A stretch of DNA of 64,000 nt, taken from assembly GCA_009914755.4 (NCBI GenBank), contig CP068257.2, forward strand, positions 26,080,001 to 26,144,000, given 5' to 3'. The notes under the pieces are model-generated. The model did no database searches. It was given only the letters and a program-made list of their open reading frames with translations, and was not told the DNA's origin. This document shows, piece by piece, positions 12,863 to 26,400 of the stretch (position 1 is the stretch's first letter; every line of letters begins with the position of its first letter). This DNA is from the human T2T-CHM13v2.0 reference genome, Homo sapiens. The position numbers were made by a program, and so were the translations under genes.

Positions 12863-13599
12863 TAGAAGGAGTTAATGATGCAGAAAAAGAAAATTCAATT
12901 TTTAAAAACTCAATCCAATTTACATTTTTACTCCCCTAAATTATGATTCTATTTCTATCCTTTCATTCAACATGAAACTCATTTTCTACCGTGGCCCTTG
13001 CAATTTGTGTTAAATCCTGAACAAACTAATGAAACTAATTTCTTGAGAGCACACAGATTTACCTTCTTTCTCTTCTATTTGCACAAGTTCTTTTCTCTTC
13101 CAGGACTTTTATTTCTTATCTGAATGGTTTCTGCTTAGCTACAAATTTCCAAGATTTTAGTGTTTCCATGAAATTTTAAGTGAAGAGGATACTAGGATAA
13201 AGCTCAAAAGAGATGGTAGGCTTAGAAAGGCTTTGCAATTGATATTAAAAGAACAATTGAGTAGTAATTGTCCCCATGCTTGGGTGAAGTTTTTGGCTTT
13301 TTATCTTTACCAAATTATTGCCTCCCTCTGCCACAATAAGTAAGGAACATTTAATTTAAAAAGCAAAATTTAAATAGTAGTACTACAATAAACTCATCAA
13401 TATTAACTAATTGTTTTGAACATTTACTTAACTGAACAAGATCTTTACTATAGATTGTAATAGCTATGTTTAAGAAAAGTATCTCCTAACATTAATCAAA
13501 AGATTAAAATGACTTGTTATATTTGTTACAATATAATTCTCAACTCTGGAATTTTCTATCAATAGAAAGTTCATTCTGCAAAATTATTTGTATTTTATT

Positions 13600-13912
13600 T
13601 ATTATTTATTTATTATTATTATTATTATTTGAGACTGAGTCTCACTCTCTCACCCAGACTGGAGTGCAGTGGTGCCATCTTGTCTCACTGCAATCTCCGC
13701 CTCCCGAATTCAAGCAATTCTCAAGCCTTAGCTTCCCTGGTAGCTGGGATTACAGGCACCCGCCACCATGCACGGTTAATTTTTGTATTTTTAGTAGAGA
13801 GGGGGTTTCACCAATGTGGCCAGGCTGGTCTCGAACTCCTGACCTCAAGTGATCCACCAGTCTCGGCCTCCCAAAGTGCTGGGATTACAGGTATGAGCCA
13901 CTGTGCCCGGCC
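13600..13912 (-). mobile_element. Alu SINE, full length, antisense, with TSD
   Basis: (TTA)n/T-rich leader then 'gagactgagtctcactctctcacccagactggagtgcagtggtgcc...gtgctgggattacaggtatgagccactgtgcccggcc'. TSD 'tgcaaaa.tattt' on both sides. Confidence 0.95.
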
Positions 13913-14317
13913 TGCAAAACTATTTTTAATGTCATTGTAGAAGTAGCACCTTATTCATGCTAAGGAATATAGCTATACAGACATGACATGTAACTTCCAA
14001 GCTTGATTCGTGAGATTTCAAAGAAATTTAGAAAAAGTCTTCTATCTACCATATGTGCATATTCTGAGCTTCAGTGTTTTTTTTCAGTAGTATGTTTGCC
14101 AAAGGGGTCCATTATTTTCTCCCTCAGACAATGAAATATTTAGACTTATGGCTCAGTTTTGCAAGTGAAATGCTCAAGGGAACATGGACTGGGAGAGAAC
14201 AAATGAAATAATTTAATATTTACAGCACATTATTTTTGCAATAATTATTTTGGAGTCACCGATTCAATATTATCCTTTTTTATCTTGTTATTTATGCATG
14301 TAATTTTATTTTATTTA

Positions 14318-14388
14318 TTTTTTTTTTTGAGACAGAGTCTGGTTCTGTCACCCAGGCAGAAGTGCAGTGGCACAATCTCAGCTCTATG
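14318..14388 (-). mobile_element. Alu 3'-terminal ~57 bp + poly(A), severely 5'-truncated, antisense
   Basis: 'ttttttttttgagacagagtctggttctgtcacccaggcagaagtgcagtggcacaatctcagctct'. TSD-like 'tatg.atgt.attt' flanks. Confidence 0.75.
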
Positions 14389-15479
14389 TATGTGATTTAT
14401 AATAATATATCATGATTAAAAACATGTTTCAAACGTTTATTTTACAAAAGCTAGTTTTATATGCTTCCTTTGAAGTTAACATAATTGCCTTATCGCCAGT
14501 TAAGTCAATATCCTCAGATTTAATAAAAAGTTGTCAGAACATGTCCTTAAGATTTTAGTAGTTACAAAAAGTGGTATGCATGTAATAATATTATAAATTT
14601 TCCTTTGGCACAATTTCTATTTTTTAATATGCTGTAATAAATAACATATTTGTGTTATTTTCCATAAAACCAGGATAAAACACAATCAAATTATGAGTAT
14701 GAACTGAGAATCAATGAACTTCAGGAGATATTAATAGCCACATGTGCTGATTTTAGCTAATTCTATGGACTGTTACTATATACAATAAGATGTACTACAT
14801 TTCTGAAAGACTATGCTATAGCTACAACTTGAATTCTCCCAGTGAAAGATATTTCATGAAATCATGAAGAATTCTTTACACTGTTACTTTGTAAGCTCTA
14901 ATTTTAGAAGGATCCTCTTATAAAGAACCAATTTCTACCTTCCTTTTCATTTTAACTGATGGCTGGCAGTGCTATTGTCAGCAATTATGCAGCCCTTTAG
15001 TATTAGCTTCTTCATTCTAAGTGACAGCTCAAACAACATTAAAAACCATCATCTCTTTCCATAACTGCCTTGAGCTCACCAACACTTTCACACATTTATC
15101 ACAGCCACCTGTTCATGAAACACAACATTTAGTTTTTTTCCTTCAGTGTATAGTGTGTTTGTAGTTCTTTTAGCTAATCTGAATATGCTATTTCCCTTGC
15201 CCTGATTTTATGCCATCATGATTATCTCATAAAAGACTTTTTCTGTGCCAGTTGTATCATGGTCCTACAATCAATTAACAGAATGTCAAAAAAGTAACTT
15301 CATTTCTTTGTATTCCTAAATAGTCTCCTGATATAAAACAGGAAATTAAATGACCAAGTTATATTTCTTTTTCTGCTAAAATATATAAAGCAAAGCAGGG
15401 AGACAATGACTTGACTGAACTGTCTCAAACTTTGTGCTCTTTTTATGTACACAAATACAAAAAATAAATAAATACATTG

Positions 15480-15895
15480 TACATTTAGGAAATTTTAGAA
15501 ACTATACACTAGAAAAGAAAACATGGCACATATACACCATGGAATACTATGCAGCCATAAAAAAGGATGAGTTCATGTCCTTTGCAGGGACATGGATGAA
15601 GTTGGAAACCATCATTCTCAGCAAACTAACACAAGAACAGAAAACCAAACACCGCATGTTCTCACTCATAAGTGAGAGTTGAACAATGAGAACACATGGA
15701 CACAGGGAGGGAAACATCACACACCGGGGCCTGTTGGGGGATGGGGGCTAGGGGAGGGATAGCATTAGGAAAAATACCTAATGTAGATGATGGGTTGATG
15801 GGTGCAGGAAACCACCATGGCACGTGTATACCTATGTAAAAAACCTGCATGTTCTGCACGTGTATTCTAGAACTTAAAGTATAATAAATAAATTT
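15480..15895 (+). mobile_element. L1 (L1PA-like) 3' end: ORF2 C-terminus + 3' UTR
   Basis: ORF 15434-15682 encodes 'YTMEYYAAIKKDEFMSFAGTWMKLETIILSKLTQEQKTKHRMFSLI' (L1 ORF2p C-terminus). Then 'ggtgcaggaaaccaccatggcacgtgtatacctatgtaaaaaacctgcatgttctgcacgtgtattctagaacttaaagtataataaataaa'. Confidence 0.9.
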
Positions 15896-16807
15896 AAAAA
15901 TAGAATTTTAAATGTTCACTATAGAACTTGTTCTAAACATTCAATGATGTGCTTTACTGGACGATAAAATATCGGTAACTCAAATAGGCAAATTTTCATT
16001 ACCAAACTGGTAGTGTGGACAAGCCACCATAATCCATTTTAAGTTGATCTTTATAGTAAATTTGCTCAGAAAAATTAGATATACACAAATATGTCAACAG
16101 AAAAATTGATAAAAGGTTTAAAGAGATAAAAATAAATAAATGCAATAAATTATTTGGTCAACTTGAAGTCAGTTTGAATGACAATAAGCACTAAATTTGC
16201 ATATCATTATGAAAAATATTAGACAATTCGTTTTCTGTTACTGATGATTTACTGTAGTGTGATCTGTAATGAATAACTTCCTTCTGAATAGTAATTTGGC
16301 AGGCTTAAATACCTTTGAAATATTCATAGACTTAGAAACAGTAATTTGCCTCACCATGAATTTATTCTATGGGCTAATGAAATGTACCCACAAATATTTC
16401 TTTCTAGGTGTCTTCATTACGTTATTATTTGTAAAAATACTGTGTATCTCCTGAATGGTCAAAATAAGGGATAATTAAAATGTTCAATGTGTTTATTTCA
16501 TGCAGTGGATTGTACATATTCATTATACTCTACTTTCCTGAGCAATATTTCATACATTAAATAATCTCATAATTCATTTTTGATGGGAAAATTATGGGAC
16601 AGAGTAGGGCTTATATAATATTATAAAGAGTTTTAATTTTTTGTATTGCCAAAACCAGGGGAAGATACACCAAAATACTAATTTCAATGTAAGTATTATT
16701 TTTAATTTCAATATATTTGCCCCAAGAGAGGGTGAAAATTCCCAGGGACATTACAAAGATAAAGGTAAGGCTAGAATAAGTAATATGTTAGGGATTTTAT
16801 TGTATTT

Positions 16808-17180
16808 CCCCAAATGTATGTGTTGTAGTCCTAACCCTCACTACTTCAGAAAGTGACTGTCTTTGGAGATAGGGTCTTCAAAGAGGTAAAGTTATATTAA
16901 CAATGAGGTCATTAAGGTGGGCCCTACTCCTTATGACTGATGTTTTTATGAGGGGAGAAAATTAGGACAGAGACACATATTAGAGAGGAAAGACTGTGAA
17001 AACACAGAGAGAAGGCCATTTACAAGCCAAGGGGAGAGACTCCAGGAGGGAATAACCCTGCTAACACCTTGAGTTCAGACTTCAAGCCACAAGAACTTGA
17101 GAAAATAAACTTCTGTTGTTTATGTCCCTCAGTCTTTGGTACTTTGCTATGGCAACCTTGGCAGAGTCATATAGAACATA
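16808..17180 (+). mobile_element. LTR-like solo element (same family as 40152-40510)
   Basis: '...ggagatagggtcttcaaagaggtaa...gagactccaggagggaataaccctgctaacaccttgagttcagacttc.agccacaagaacttgagaaaataaacttctgttgtttatgtccctcagtctttggtactttgctatggcaaccttggcagag', with conserved polyA-signal region. Confidence 0.5.
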
Positions 17181-18734
17181 GTCACTAAGTAAGAAGATAA
17201 GAATGACTGGAATTTGCTAATAATGCAAACTATAAGGTCTATATGAAAGCAGAACTATCATTCACAAAACTGGGAGGACTTCACCATTACCCATTTTTCA
17301 AGACTTAATCTTTTTTCTTTCTCAGTCTTGTGACTGCTTCTCTTCCATTTGGCCTGATTGTTCTTTTGCAATGTCTCTCCTTCTTCAAAAGTTTGAGGTT
17401 TGAATATGCAACAGCTGATTCTGGACACCAAAGGTTTTTAAAATCTTGATGATGAAAAAACCAGAAAGCCTTACCACTCTGAGCTTATAAACTGCGTTTG
17501 AGATTTTTGAGGTTGACGCTTGAATTTACCTTCAGAGAAGGCAAGTTTATAGTGTTCAGATAATCACTTTAATGGGCTTTCAATTATGAAATGTTCAAGC
17601 AAAGTTCCCAATCTGGGATGCTGACTCTCCAGACACCCTGGCTCCAATAAACTAAACTATGCTACCAAATGATATAAGAGACTGACTCTTCATTCATTGT
17701 GTCTGTATATCAAGATCCCACTTAGAAATGTTTCTTTTCTAAATATGGTTTTAGACTGCACTTTTTCTAATTATATTTATTATTTCTTGGCAAATGCATT
17801 TTGTTTGTGGTCTGGTTCAAGCATTTGAACAAAGGATATTAAGAGCAAAGATGCTGTGTTATATGTGGATTCATGCTCTCTGAGAGACCATAAAGAAGAA
17901 CCAACTGGGATTTCTGAATTCTACTCCACAATCTACAATTCAAGATTCATGCCTGCTGTTATTTTTATATGGAATAACTCAGACATGGACAAATGTGGTG
18001 ACATAGAATTCATATGTTCAGATAGATTATGCTCATGAAGCCTAAGGCAGATCCAGCCTCTGTATGCAGAGAACATGGTTTTCTATAAGTGTGCTGGAAT
18101 TCTCAAGTCCAGTCGTCTAGGAAAGCATACTGTCCTGGGGAGGAAATGAACACTAGGGAGGAACTTAGACTTGACAAGGGAGGTGTACAATTTTCTCTTC
18201 CCCCTGGAGAGTTCGGGTACTGAGTTTCAGGTGGGAGAGACTCAAAAATATGCCCTGGGGAACAATAAGATGGCTTTTGTAATAAAGAGAGCCCAAACTG
18301 GGTCATAGAAGGGCTTGTGTAGCACAGGGCGGACATAATTTGCCCTTGTTCCAAGTTGTCTATGTGGTAGTTCTGTTTCCATAGGCTCATATTTACTGAG
18401 TTACACTCCTGATTCTAGAAAGGGGATTGTGCTGTCAAATAGTATTATATGCACCTAATTGCCAAAGTCCATCCATGAACAGATTTTCCTGAATAATTGA
18501 ACAGAGACCACTGACCATAAGAGACAATATGAATTGGAGAACACATGTAATGAAATCAGATTCTAGTTTGGTTTTGAAGTATAAATATATTTTTAACCTT
18601 GAACTAAGAATCTTGTACTATCTATACTTCCATTCCTAAATAAGTGTCTTGAATAAGATGATCTTTACAGTCAACTATCAGCAGCTAAATTTTCTGGTTT
18701 AGTACATCTCACTGAAATATCCGAGTCATCATTT

Positions 18735-18862
18735 TTGAACCTCAGATATTGCAGTGAGTTGTAAATGTTAAGAGAGGATCATATAGTTTTAATTCTGGGT
18801 CTAATTAAAACTATATGATCCTCTCTTAACATTTGCAACTCAGTACAATATCTGAGGTTCAA
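18735..18862. repeat. Near-perfect palindrome: two 60-bp arms (57/60 complementary) around an 8-bp loop 'ctgggtct'
   Basis: Arm1 18735-18794 'ttgaacctcagatattgcagtgagttgtaaatgttaagagaggatcatatagttttaatt'. Arm2 18803-18862 'aattaaaactatatgatcctctcttaacatttgcaactcagtacaatatctgaggttcaa'. Verified by manual reverse-complement. Confidence 0.9.
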
Positions 18863-20129
18863 TGTAAGATTAGGAGTTTTCAGTACTTACGGACCTCAGG
18901 GGGTACACTTCATGCCTAAAATCCACGTACGCAAAGGTCAGGGAGCACAGGCAAAAGGAGAGAGAGTGTGGGGCAACTAGCAGTCTAGATGGGGGAATGG
19001 GGTGTGGGTCACCTTAAGTTTGAATGCAGGATCTGAATGGTCCATTAAAAGGAAGTGGTGGGAAATTGGGAAGCCCAGTCCACCAGGCAGGAGAGATGTC
19101 TCTAAGTTCCTATCTCTGGACACCTGCTCAAGCGATTTGAGTGTAGTATAGAACTGAAAACTTTGTCAAGGGTGACTGAGTCCTGTCTCTGTTACAAGAA
19201 GGCTAAATAAACTTGCATTTAAAACAGATGCTGAGGCAATATAATATTATGAGCTTTCACTACAACTAGGTATAACTTAGGTACTAAAGTGACTGAAAGT
19301 ATTGGTGCAAGTTCTAAAACTGAGCACTACTTCTTTGTGGTCACCATTGAAGTCATGTTGGTCTTAACACCAGGAACCCGAAAAAATGGAATTCCAAACC
19401 TTCATTTTAAAAGTAGGGGAATCAGGTCAATGGCGTGTTTTTCTTGACACCCATGGTTCTAAAGGACCCCGTTACCTCCTGGACCTTCCTAATCAGCAGT
19501 AATGTTAAAAAGTTGCAAAGAGATCGTCTGTGCATCATATCTGCCTTCCAACCTTGAGTGAAATCCCATGATTGATTAGGTAACTAATTCTCTCCTAGTG
19601 CCAAAGCTTCAAAGAAGCCTCAGAAAGAGTTTTACTTTTCTAACTTCTCCAAATGAAAGATGCAGTGCAGGTTGAGGGCCAATCCAAATATCAACAACAA
19701 ACCAAAAAAATCAAAACATTCATAATCAGCATTGTTTTAATCAAAGAAAACACTTCAGAAAAAAAAAGTCACAAAACAACATTCTTCAAATCAAAATATT
19801 TGATTTAATGAAAATATTAGTGACAAGAAACATTCAAAGAATGTGAAGTTCACTCAACTGAAATAGTTTACAATGTCTTTTGGCTTTTTTACTAGCTTTA
19901 GAGAGACTGAATTTTTTATAAAAAATAACTCTAGGAACAAATCTCAATTTCTTATTAAGTTACCTGTCATATTGATCCAAAATCTGTAAAGATATTGAGG
20001 AGTTGGCTTTTTTAAATATTAAAAAAAGAGGATTCCATGGAAATTTTTCCCTTTAAAGTTTATAACAATTGTCTATGTTTTGTCATTAATTTATTTATTA
20101 CTTGAAAATATTAAAACACTTTTATGATG

Positions 20130-20486
20130 TATTAGTCTGGTCTCATGCTGCTAATAAAAACATACCCAAGACTGGGTAATTTATAAAAGAAAGAGGTTTA
20201 AAAGAATCACAGTTCCATATGGCTGGGGAGGCCTCACAAAAATGGTGGAAAGTGAAGGAAGAGCAAAGGCATGTCTTACATGACAGACAAGAGGGTCATG
20301 TGCAGGGGAACTCCCTTTTATAAAACCATTAAATCTCATGAGACTTATTCACTATCAGGAGAACAGCATGGGGAAAACCTGGCCCCATGATTCAATTACC
20401 CCCTACTGGGTCCCTCCCATGATATGTGGGGATTATTACATTCAAGGTGAGATTTGGGTGGGGTCACAGAGCCAAACCATGTTATA
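20130..20486 (-). mobile_element. ERVL-MaLR solo LTR (THE1/MST-like), antisense
   Basis: 'tgtattagtctggtctcatgctgctaataaaaacatacccaagactgggtaatttataaaagaaagaggtttaa...cacagttccatatggctggggaggcctcacaaaaatggtggaa...ggtgagatttgggtggggtcacagagccaaaccatgttat' = reverse complement of the THE1/MST LTR. Confidence 0.8.
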
Positions 20487-20520
20487 TGAATTAAAGGAAA
20501 TTCTTTCTGGTTTTCCAATG

Positions 20521-20680
20521 TAGTTAGCCCTCCATATATGTGAGGATTTGTTCTAGGACCACTGAATATTCCCAAATTTGTGGATGCTCAAGTCCCTTAG
20601 TTGGCCCTTCATATCTGCAGTTTCTGCCTCCAAGGATTCAACCAACAGCAGATGAAACATGCAGTAATTCATGACATATT
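20521..20680. mobile_element. Possible Tigger-type DNA-transposon terminal fragments
   Basis: Two diverged copies of a 'ccctccatat.tg.gg.ttc...ggattcaaccaacagcagatgaaa' motif resembling Tigger-group TIR ends. Weak. Confidence 0.3.
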
Positions 20681-20889
20681 TTCAAACACAGAAGCTCTAG
20701 AAAACTAAATTTTTGTTAATTGAAACTGAGAATGTAGAAGGCCGACTTAATTTATTTGCTTTACGAAACATTAGTATATTGTTAGTGATTTAAATCAGTT
20801 TCCTGCAAATCTTTCAGGTGAGTAACACAGTTTCATTGCTGAATACTCTTACGTGCTACATTTTAAGAGCCTCTTGTGTTATACATTTT

Positions 20890-21298
20890 GTGTTAGTCCA
20901 TTTTGGATTGCTTTAAAGGAATATCTGAGACTGAATACTTTATAAAGAAAAGAGGTTTATTTTGGCTCAGGATTCTGCAGGCTATACATGCATGGTTCCA
21001 GCATCTGTACCTATTCTGGTGAAACCTCAGACAGCTTTTACTCATGGCAGAAGGTAAAGGGGGACCCAATGTGTCACACTGAGAGAGAGCAAGAGAAAAG
21101 GAGGTGCCAGTCTCTTTTTAACAACCAACTCTTTTGTGAGCTAATAGAGTGAGAACTCACTCATTACCACAAGGATGGCACCAAGCCCTTCATGAGGGAT
21201 CTGTCCCAATGACCCAAACACCTCCCACTGGGTCCCACTTTCAACACTCAGGTTCACATTTCAACATATTTGGTGGGGACAAACATCCAAACTACATC
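20890..21298 (-). mobile_element. ERVL-MaLR solo LTR (MST/MLT-like), antisense
   Basis: 'tgtgttagtccattttggattgctttaaaggaatatctgagactgaatactttataaagaaaagaggtttatttt...ctcatggcagaaggtaaaggg...gagaactcactcattaccacaaggatggcaccaagcccttcatgagggatctgtcccaatgacccaaacacctcccactgggtcccac'. Confidence 0.75.
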
Positions 21299-22720
21299 AC
21301 TTTTGATGATCCATCATAAAATCTTATATATACATATTTAAATATAATCATATCTTAAATATCAGTATATGCTCTGAAATTTTGACAGAATGTTATGTAT
21401 TTGTTTCTTTTGAAATTACTATTTGAACTATAAGTGAGTTCCATTTAATTTGTTTGGTATTTACTTCCCCAAGATTATCATATAATCTCGAGAGTTCATG
21501 TAGAATCAAATACAATCTCATTTTTAAATACTATAAATCCATTTTTACTTTTAGCTTCATAATTAACCAATTTCTTATGTTATAAATATAGATATTTAAT
21601 TAAAGTTGTGTTCATTTCAATCTTCTGATGGTGTGTAATCAATTGGGGCTTGTTTTGTTTTGTTTTTGATCATCTCAAGTATTCCTGTAGGCTCCTGAAA
21701 AGCGTTATGGAGCTGTTCACTAAGGTTACGGTGCCAACCAAAACAGCCTGATTTTAAAAGTGGTTTGAAACGCCTAGCCCCTGAGAATGCTTCCCAGCAC
21801 ACATGGCTGCTGGTGTCTTCGTTTTCCTCTTCATTTTGTCTTTTTCCCACCCAGAGAATAAATATATTAGTTATGCCTGTATTATGGTCCATAGTTTGCA
21901 TACATTAATCATCTTGTATAACCATCTCTCCCCAAAAGATAGTGTATTACATATTGTATTCATATTCCAGGGATGCTGTCACAAAGTATCACAAATGATG
22001 TGGCCAAAACAACAGAAATTTATTATCTCACATTTCTGTAGGCTAAAAGTCTGAAATCAAAATATCTGAAGAGCTGGTTCCTTCTGAAGGCTGTGAGAAT
22101 CTTTTCCATGCTTCTCACCAGCTTAGCTTCCAGTGGCTTGCTGGCAATCTTTAGCATCTTGGCTTTTGCTGTATCACCCTGATCTCTGCCTTCACCTTCA
22201 CATGGTGTTCTCCCTGTGTTTATGTGCCTGTGTCCAAGTCTTCCTTTTCCAGGACATCAGTTATGTTGGACTAGAGACCCACCCTACTACAGTATGATTT
22301 CATCTTAACTAATTGCATCTGCAACGACTATTTTCAAATAAGGTCACATTCTGAAGTAATGGGAGTTAGGACTTCAGCATACAAATTTTAAGAGGGATAC
22401 AATTCAACCCCCAGCACATACATTGGATTCTCATTTTTTAAAATTAATGGCCTCTGTACAATGAATGTTTATTTCAATCTAGTAACTCAGGAAAAAGGCC
22501 TCTTTCAATGTCAGTATTAGCAATAGGTAGCATAAAATAACCAGTGTACTCTGTTTGGCATCCTTTGCTAAGATTTTTCTCCTCAAGCCAATATCTTGTG
22601 TCTGGTGGATTTGGGAGGCAGAAGGGATACAATATCTCATCTTCTTTTGTACCAAAGCGTATTCATATTTCTGCTTGTTTTATTCTATATTTTTCATGCT
22701 CTTTGACATTAGAACATTAT

Positions 22721-22751
22721 TTCTTCTTCTTCTTCTTTTTTTTTTTTTTTT
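22721..22751 (+). repeat. (CTT)5 followed by (T)15
   Basis: 'ttcttcttcttcttcttttttttttttttttt'. Confidence 0.85.
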
Positions 22752-23574
22752 CTGTGTCTTGTTCTTTCTCTGAAGCTTTTCCACCACTAGGAATGTTGTA
22801 CATTAACATGGGAAAGCCCAAATTAAAGGAAGCTAGTGGTTTGGCAGTTTAAAATAGTTTAGAAATAGTTTTGCTAAAATTTATTTCCACTGTCATGTTT
22901 TAACTTGTTTTAATAGACTGAATATATCATTTTATTAGTTGTAGAGCAGCCTGTGAATATTTACCTGTCGGTTAGGTGCATCTATTACAGGGAACACAGA
23001 GGAGAGATTCTTTAACTTTAGGGCGCTGTTCATTTGCTGAGAGTGGGTTGGTTAAAACCCAAGTTTGGCTCACGTTAGTGGAAAGTCACTCAGTGGTAAG
23101 AGGGGGAGAAGGGTGTTCCTATTTCCTTATCTGTGTAATGAGTATTTAGTTTCCGTGGTCATTGTAAGCTCACATCGATAACAATTCTGTTGTACCAGAG
23201 TTCTACTTTTTATCCAGCCTTCTGGCAGCTGTCCTTTCATTTTGCTTTCTTAAATGGCACATTGACATGCTGATTTTGGTTTTGGGTGGGCCTAGGTTAA
23301 AATGGGAGCTTGGTAACTCTATCACTTGTGTTGCTTAAAACTTTTGCAGTTTCAATTTCCTCAAGCACCAAGTGGAGATACTAGGATTTATCCTACCATT
23401 TTATAGCAGGGAGGATTAAAACTAAGTAAGATGGCATATGGAAAATATAAAGAGCGGTGCCTAATTTCCACTTATTTGAGAAAAATAATTCATCTTGAGA
23501 TATTTGATAATTTCTTTCTTTCTCATTAAAATTTGGCTATTTTGCCATATTTTATCGTGTATTAGTATTGTTTT

Positions 23575-26400
23575 AATTTTTGTGAGTACATATAAGGTAT
23601 ACATATTTATGGGGTTCATGAGACATTCTGGTCAGGCATGAAATGCATAGTAATCATATCATGGAAAATTGGATATCCATCCCCTCAGGCATTTATCCTT
23701 TGTGTTACAAACAATTCAGTTATACTCTTTTAGTCATTTTCAAACGCACATTTAAAAGATTACTGACTATAGTCCCCTATTGTACTATGAAATACCAGGT
23801 CTTACTCAATCTTTCTAACTATTTTTTGTACCCATTAACCATTCCATCTCCCCCAACTTCTGCATTACCCTAACCAGCTTCTGGTAAACATTTTTCTGTA
23901 ATCTATCTCCATGAATTCAATTGTTTTGATATTTAGCACACACAAATAAATGATAACATGGGATGTTTGTCTTTCTGTGTCTGGCTTATTTCACTTAACA
24001 TGATGATCTCGAGTTCCATCCCTGTTGTAACAGATGACAGGATCTCATTCCTTTTTATGGATAAATAGTACTCCACTGTGTATATGTACCACATTTTCTT
24101 TATCCATTCATCTGTTGATGGACACTTAGGTTGCTTCCAAATCTTGGCTATCATGAACAGTATTGTAACAAACATGGGAGTGCAGACATCTCTTCAATAT
24201 AATCATTTTCTTTCTTGTGGGTACATCCCCAGCAGTGGGACTGCTGGATCATATGTTGGCTCTACTTTTAGGTTTTATGAGGAACCTCCAAACTCTTCTC
24301 CACAGTGGTTGTACAACTTACATTTCCACCAACAGTGTATTAGGGTTTCCTTTCCCCCTTATCCTCACCTGCATTTGTTATTGCCTGACTTATGTATAAG
24401 AGCCATTTTAACTATGGTGAGCTGATATCCCATTGTAGTTTTGATCTGCATTTCTCTGATGATCAATGATGTTGAACATTTTTTATATGCCTGTTTTCCA
24501 TTTGTAGGTCTTCTTTTGAGAAATGTCTATTCAAACCTTTTTTTCCATTTTTTAATCAAATTATTAGCTTTTTTTCTATAGAGTAGTTTGAGCTCCTTAT
24601 ATATTCTAGTTATCAATCGCTTGCCAAGTGGGTAGTTTGCAAAGGTTTTCTCCAGTTATGTGGATTGTCTCTTCACATTGTTGATTGTTTCCTTTGCAGT
24701 GCAGAAGCTTTTTAACTTGATGTGATCCCATTTGTCCATTTTGGCTCTGATTGCCTGTGCTTGTAGGGTATTGCTCAAGAAATTTTGGCCCAGGACAATG
24801 TGTTGGAGAGTTTCCCCATTTTTTTTTTTTTTGTAGTAGTTTCATAGTTTGAGGTCTTGGACTTAAATCTTTAATGCACTTATATTTGATTTTTAAATAA
24901 GGCAAGAGATAAAAATCAAGTTTCATTCTACTGCATATGGATATTCAGTTTTCCCTGCACCATTCGTTGAAGAGGCTGTCTTTTTCCCAATATATGTTCT
25001 TGGCTCCTTTGTCACAAATGAGTTTACTGTAGATGTGTGGATTTATTTCTCAGTTCTCTGTTGTGTTCCAATTGGTCTATGTGTCTGTTTTATGCCAGTA
25101 CCATGCTGCTTTCATTACGATAGCTCTGTAGCAGAATTTGAAGTCAGGTAATGTGATTCCTCCAGTTTTGTTCTTTTCACTCAGGATAACTTTGGCTATT
25201 CTGTGTCTCTCATGATTCCATGTAAATTTCAGAATTTTTAAAACAATTTATGCAGAATATCATTGGTGTTTTGAGGGGGTTGCATTGAATGTGTAGATTG
25301 CTATAGGTAGTATGCACATTTTAACAATATGGATTCTTCCAACCCATGAACGTGAAATCTCTCTCCATTTTTTTGTGTGTCCTCTTTAATTTCTTTACTC
25401 ACTATTTCATTGCTTTCATTGTAGAGATTTTCACTTGTTTAGTTAAGCTAATTCCTAAGTATTTAATTTTATTTTGGCTATTTTAAATGAGATTACTTTT
25501 ATATTTCTTTTTCAGATTGTTCCCTGCTGTCATATAGAAATGCTACTAATTTTTGTATGTTGATTTTTTTATCCTGCAACATTACTAAATTTATCAGTTG
25601 TAGTCATTTATTTGTGGAGTCTTCAGGTTTTTCCAAAAATAAGATTATATCATCAGCAAGTAAGGATAGTTTGACTTCTTCCTTTCTAATTTGGATGCCC
25701 TTTATTTCTTTCTCTTGTTTGGTTGCTCTAGCTAAGACTTTCAGTACTACGTTGAATAATAGTGATGAAAGTGGGCATAGTCGTCGGGTTCCAGATCCTA
25801 GAGGAAAGAATTTCAGTTCTTCCCCATTCAGCATGATAATTCTTGTGTTTGTTTTAGATTTCCAATCCAAGTTCCGTTCACAGTGTGGAATTTTTTCTTC
25901 TGTTATGCTATTGATTATCATTTTTGATGTGTATTCTGTTTCTATCTTTTAAATTACTTATTGTTTGCAGATTATTTCTTTGTGATAAATTTTTCTATAT
26001 AGCAAATGGTCTCCTTTGTTTCAATTATTTTCTTCTGCTCTGTGACAGGATGTGTCTAGTCTTTCTTCTATTTAATTTGTGTTTTTCTCAATGTTATTTG
26101 CTCTATGTATTGCTTCTGAAGGTGATTTTATTGGGCATGCTTGGTTGACTTTCTGGCAGCTATTCCACTACCCCCCATTATGTAGTAGCCATAAGGTTTG
26201 TATATTTGATTGATTCTTCTTTTAGTTCCAGGGATGGAATCCGAGTGATCGCTAAGGCAATTCATATATTTTACCCACCTTAGGATAACTGGTTTAGGAT
26301 TGGACAAACAATCTCAGCTGCTTCAATCAGACTCACTGTAAGTAGTGAAATGGAAAACTCTTTCCTCTTCCGGGCACTGTTAAAGATTTTTTTTTTTCAT
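23575..26400 (-). mobile_element. L1 (older L1P/L1M) fragment, antisense: 3' UTR, ORF2 C-terminal and RT region
   Basis: Antisense L1 3' end at 23575-24200. ORF 25604-25921(-) encodes '[55 protein letters not shown]', the L1 ORF2p RT motif region (cf. [35 protein letters not shown]). ORF 23933-24175(-) encodes '[21 protein letters not shown]' (ORF2p C-terminus). Confidence 0.85.

Noticed and set aside
18735-18862. Identifying the palindrome as MADE1 (mariner-derived MITE, miR-548 source)
   Set aside because: The sequence does not match the MADE1 consensus (ttaggttggtgcaaaagtaattgcgg...) as I recall it. Kept as an unclassified palindrome.
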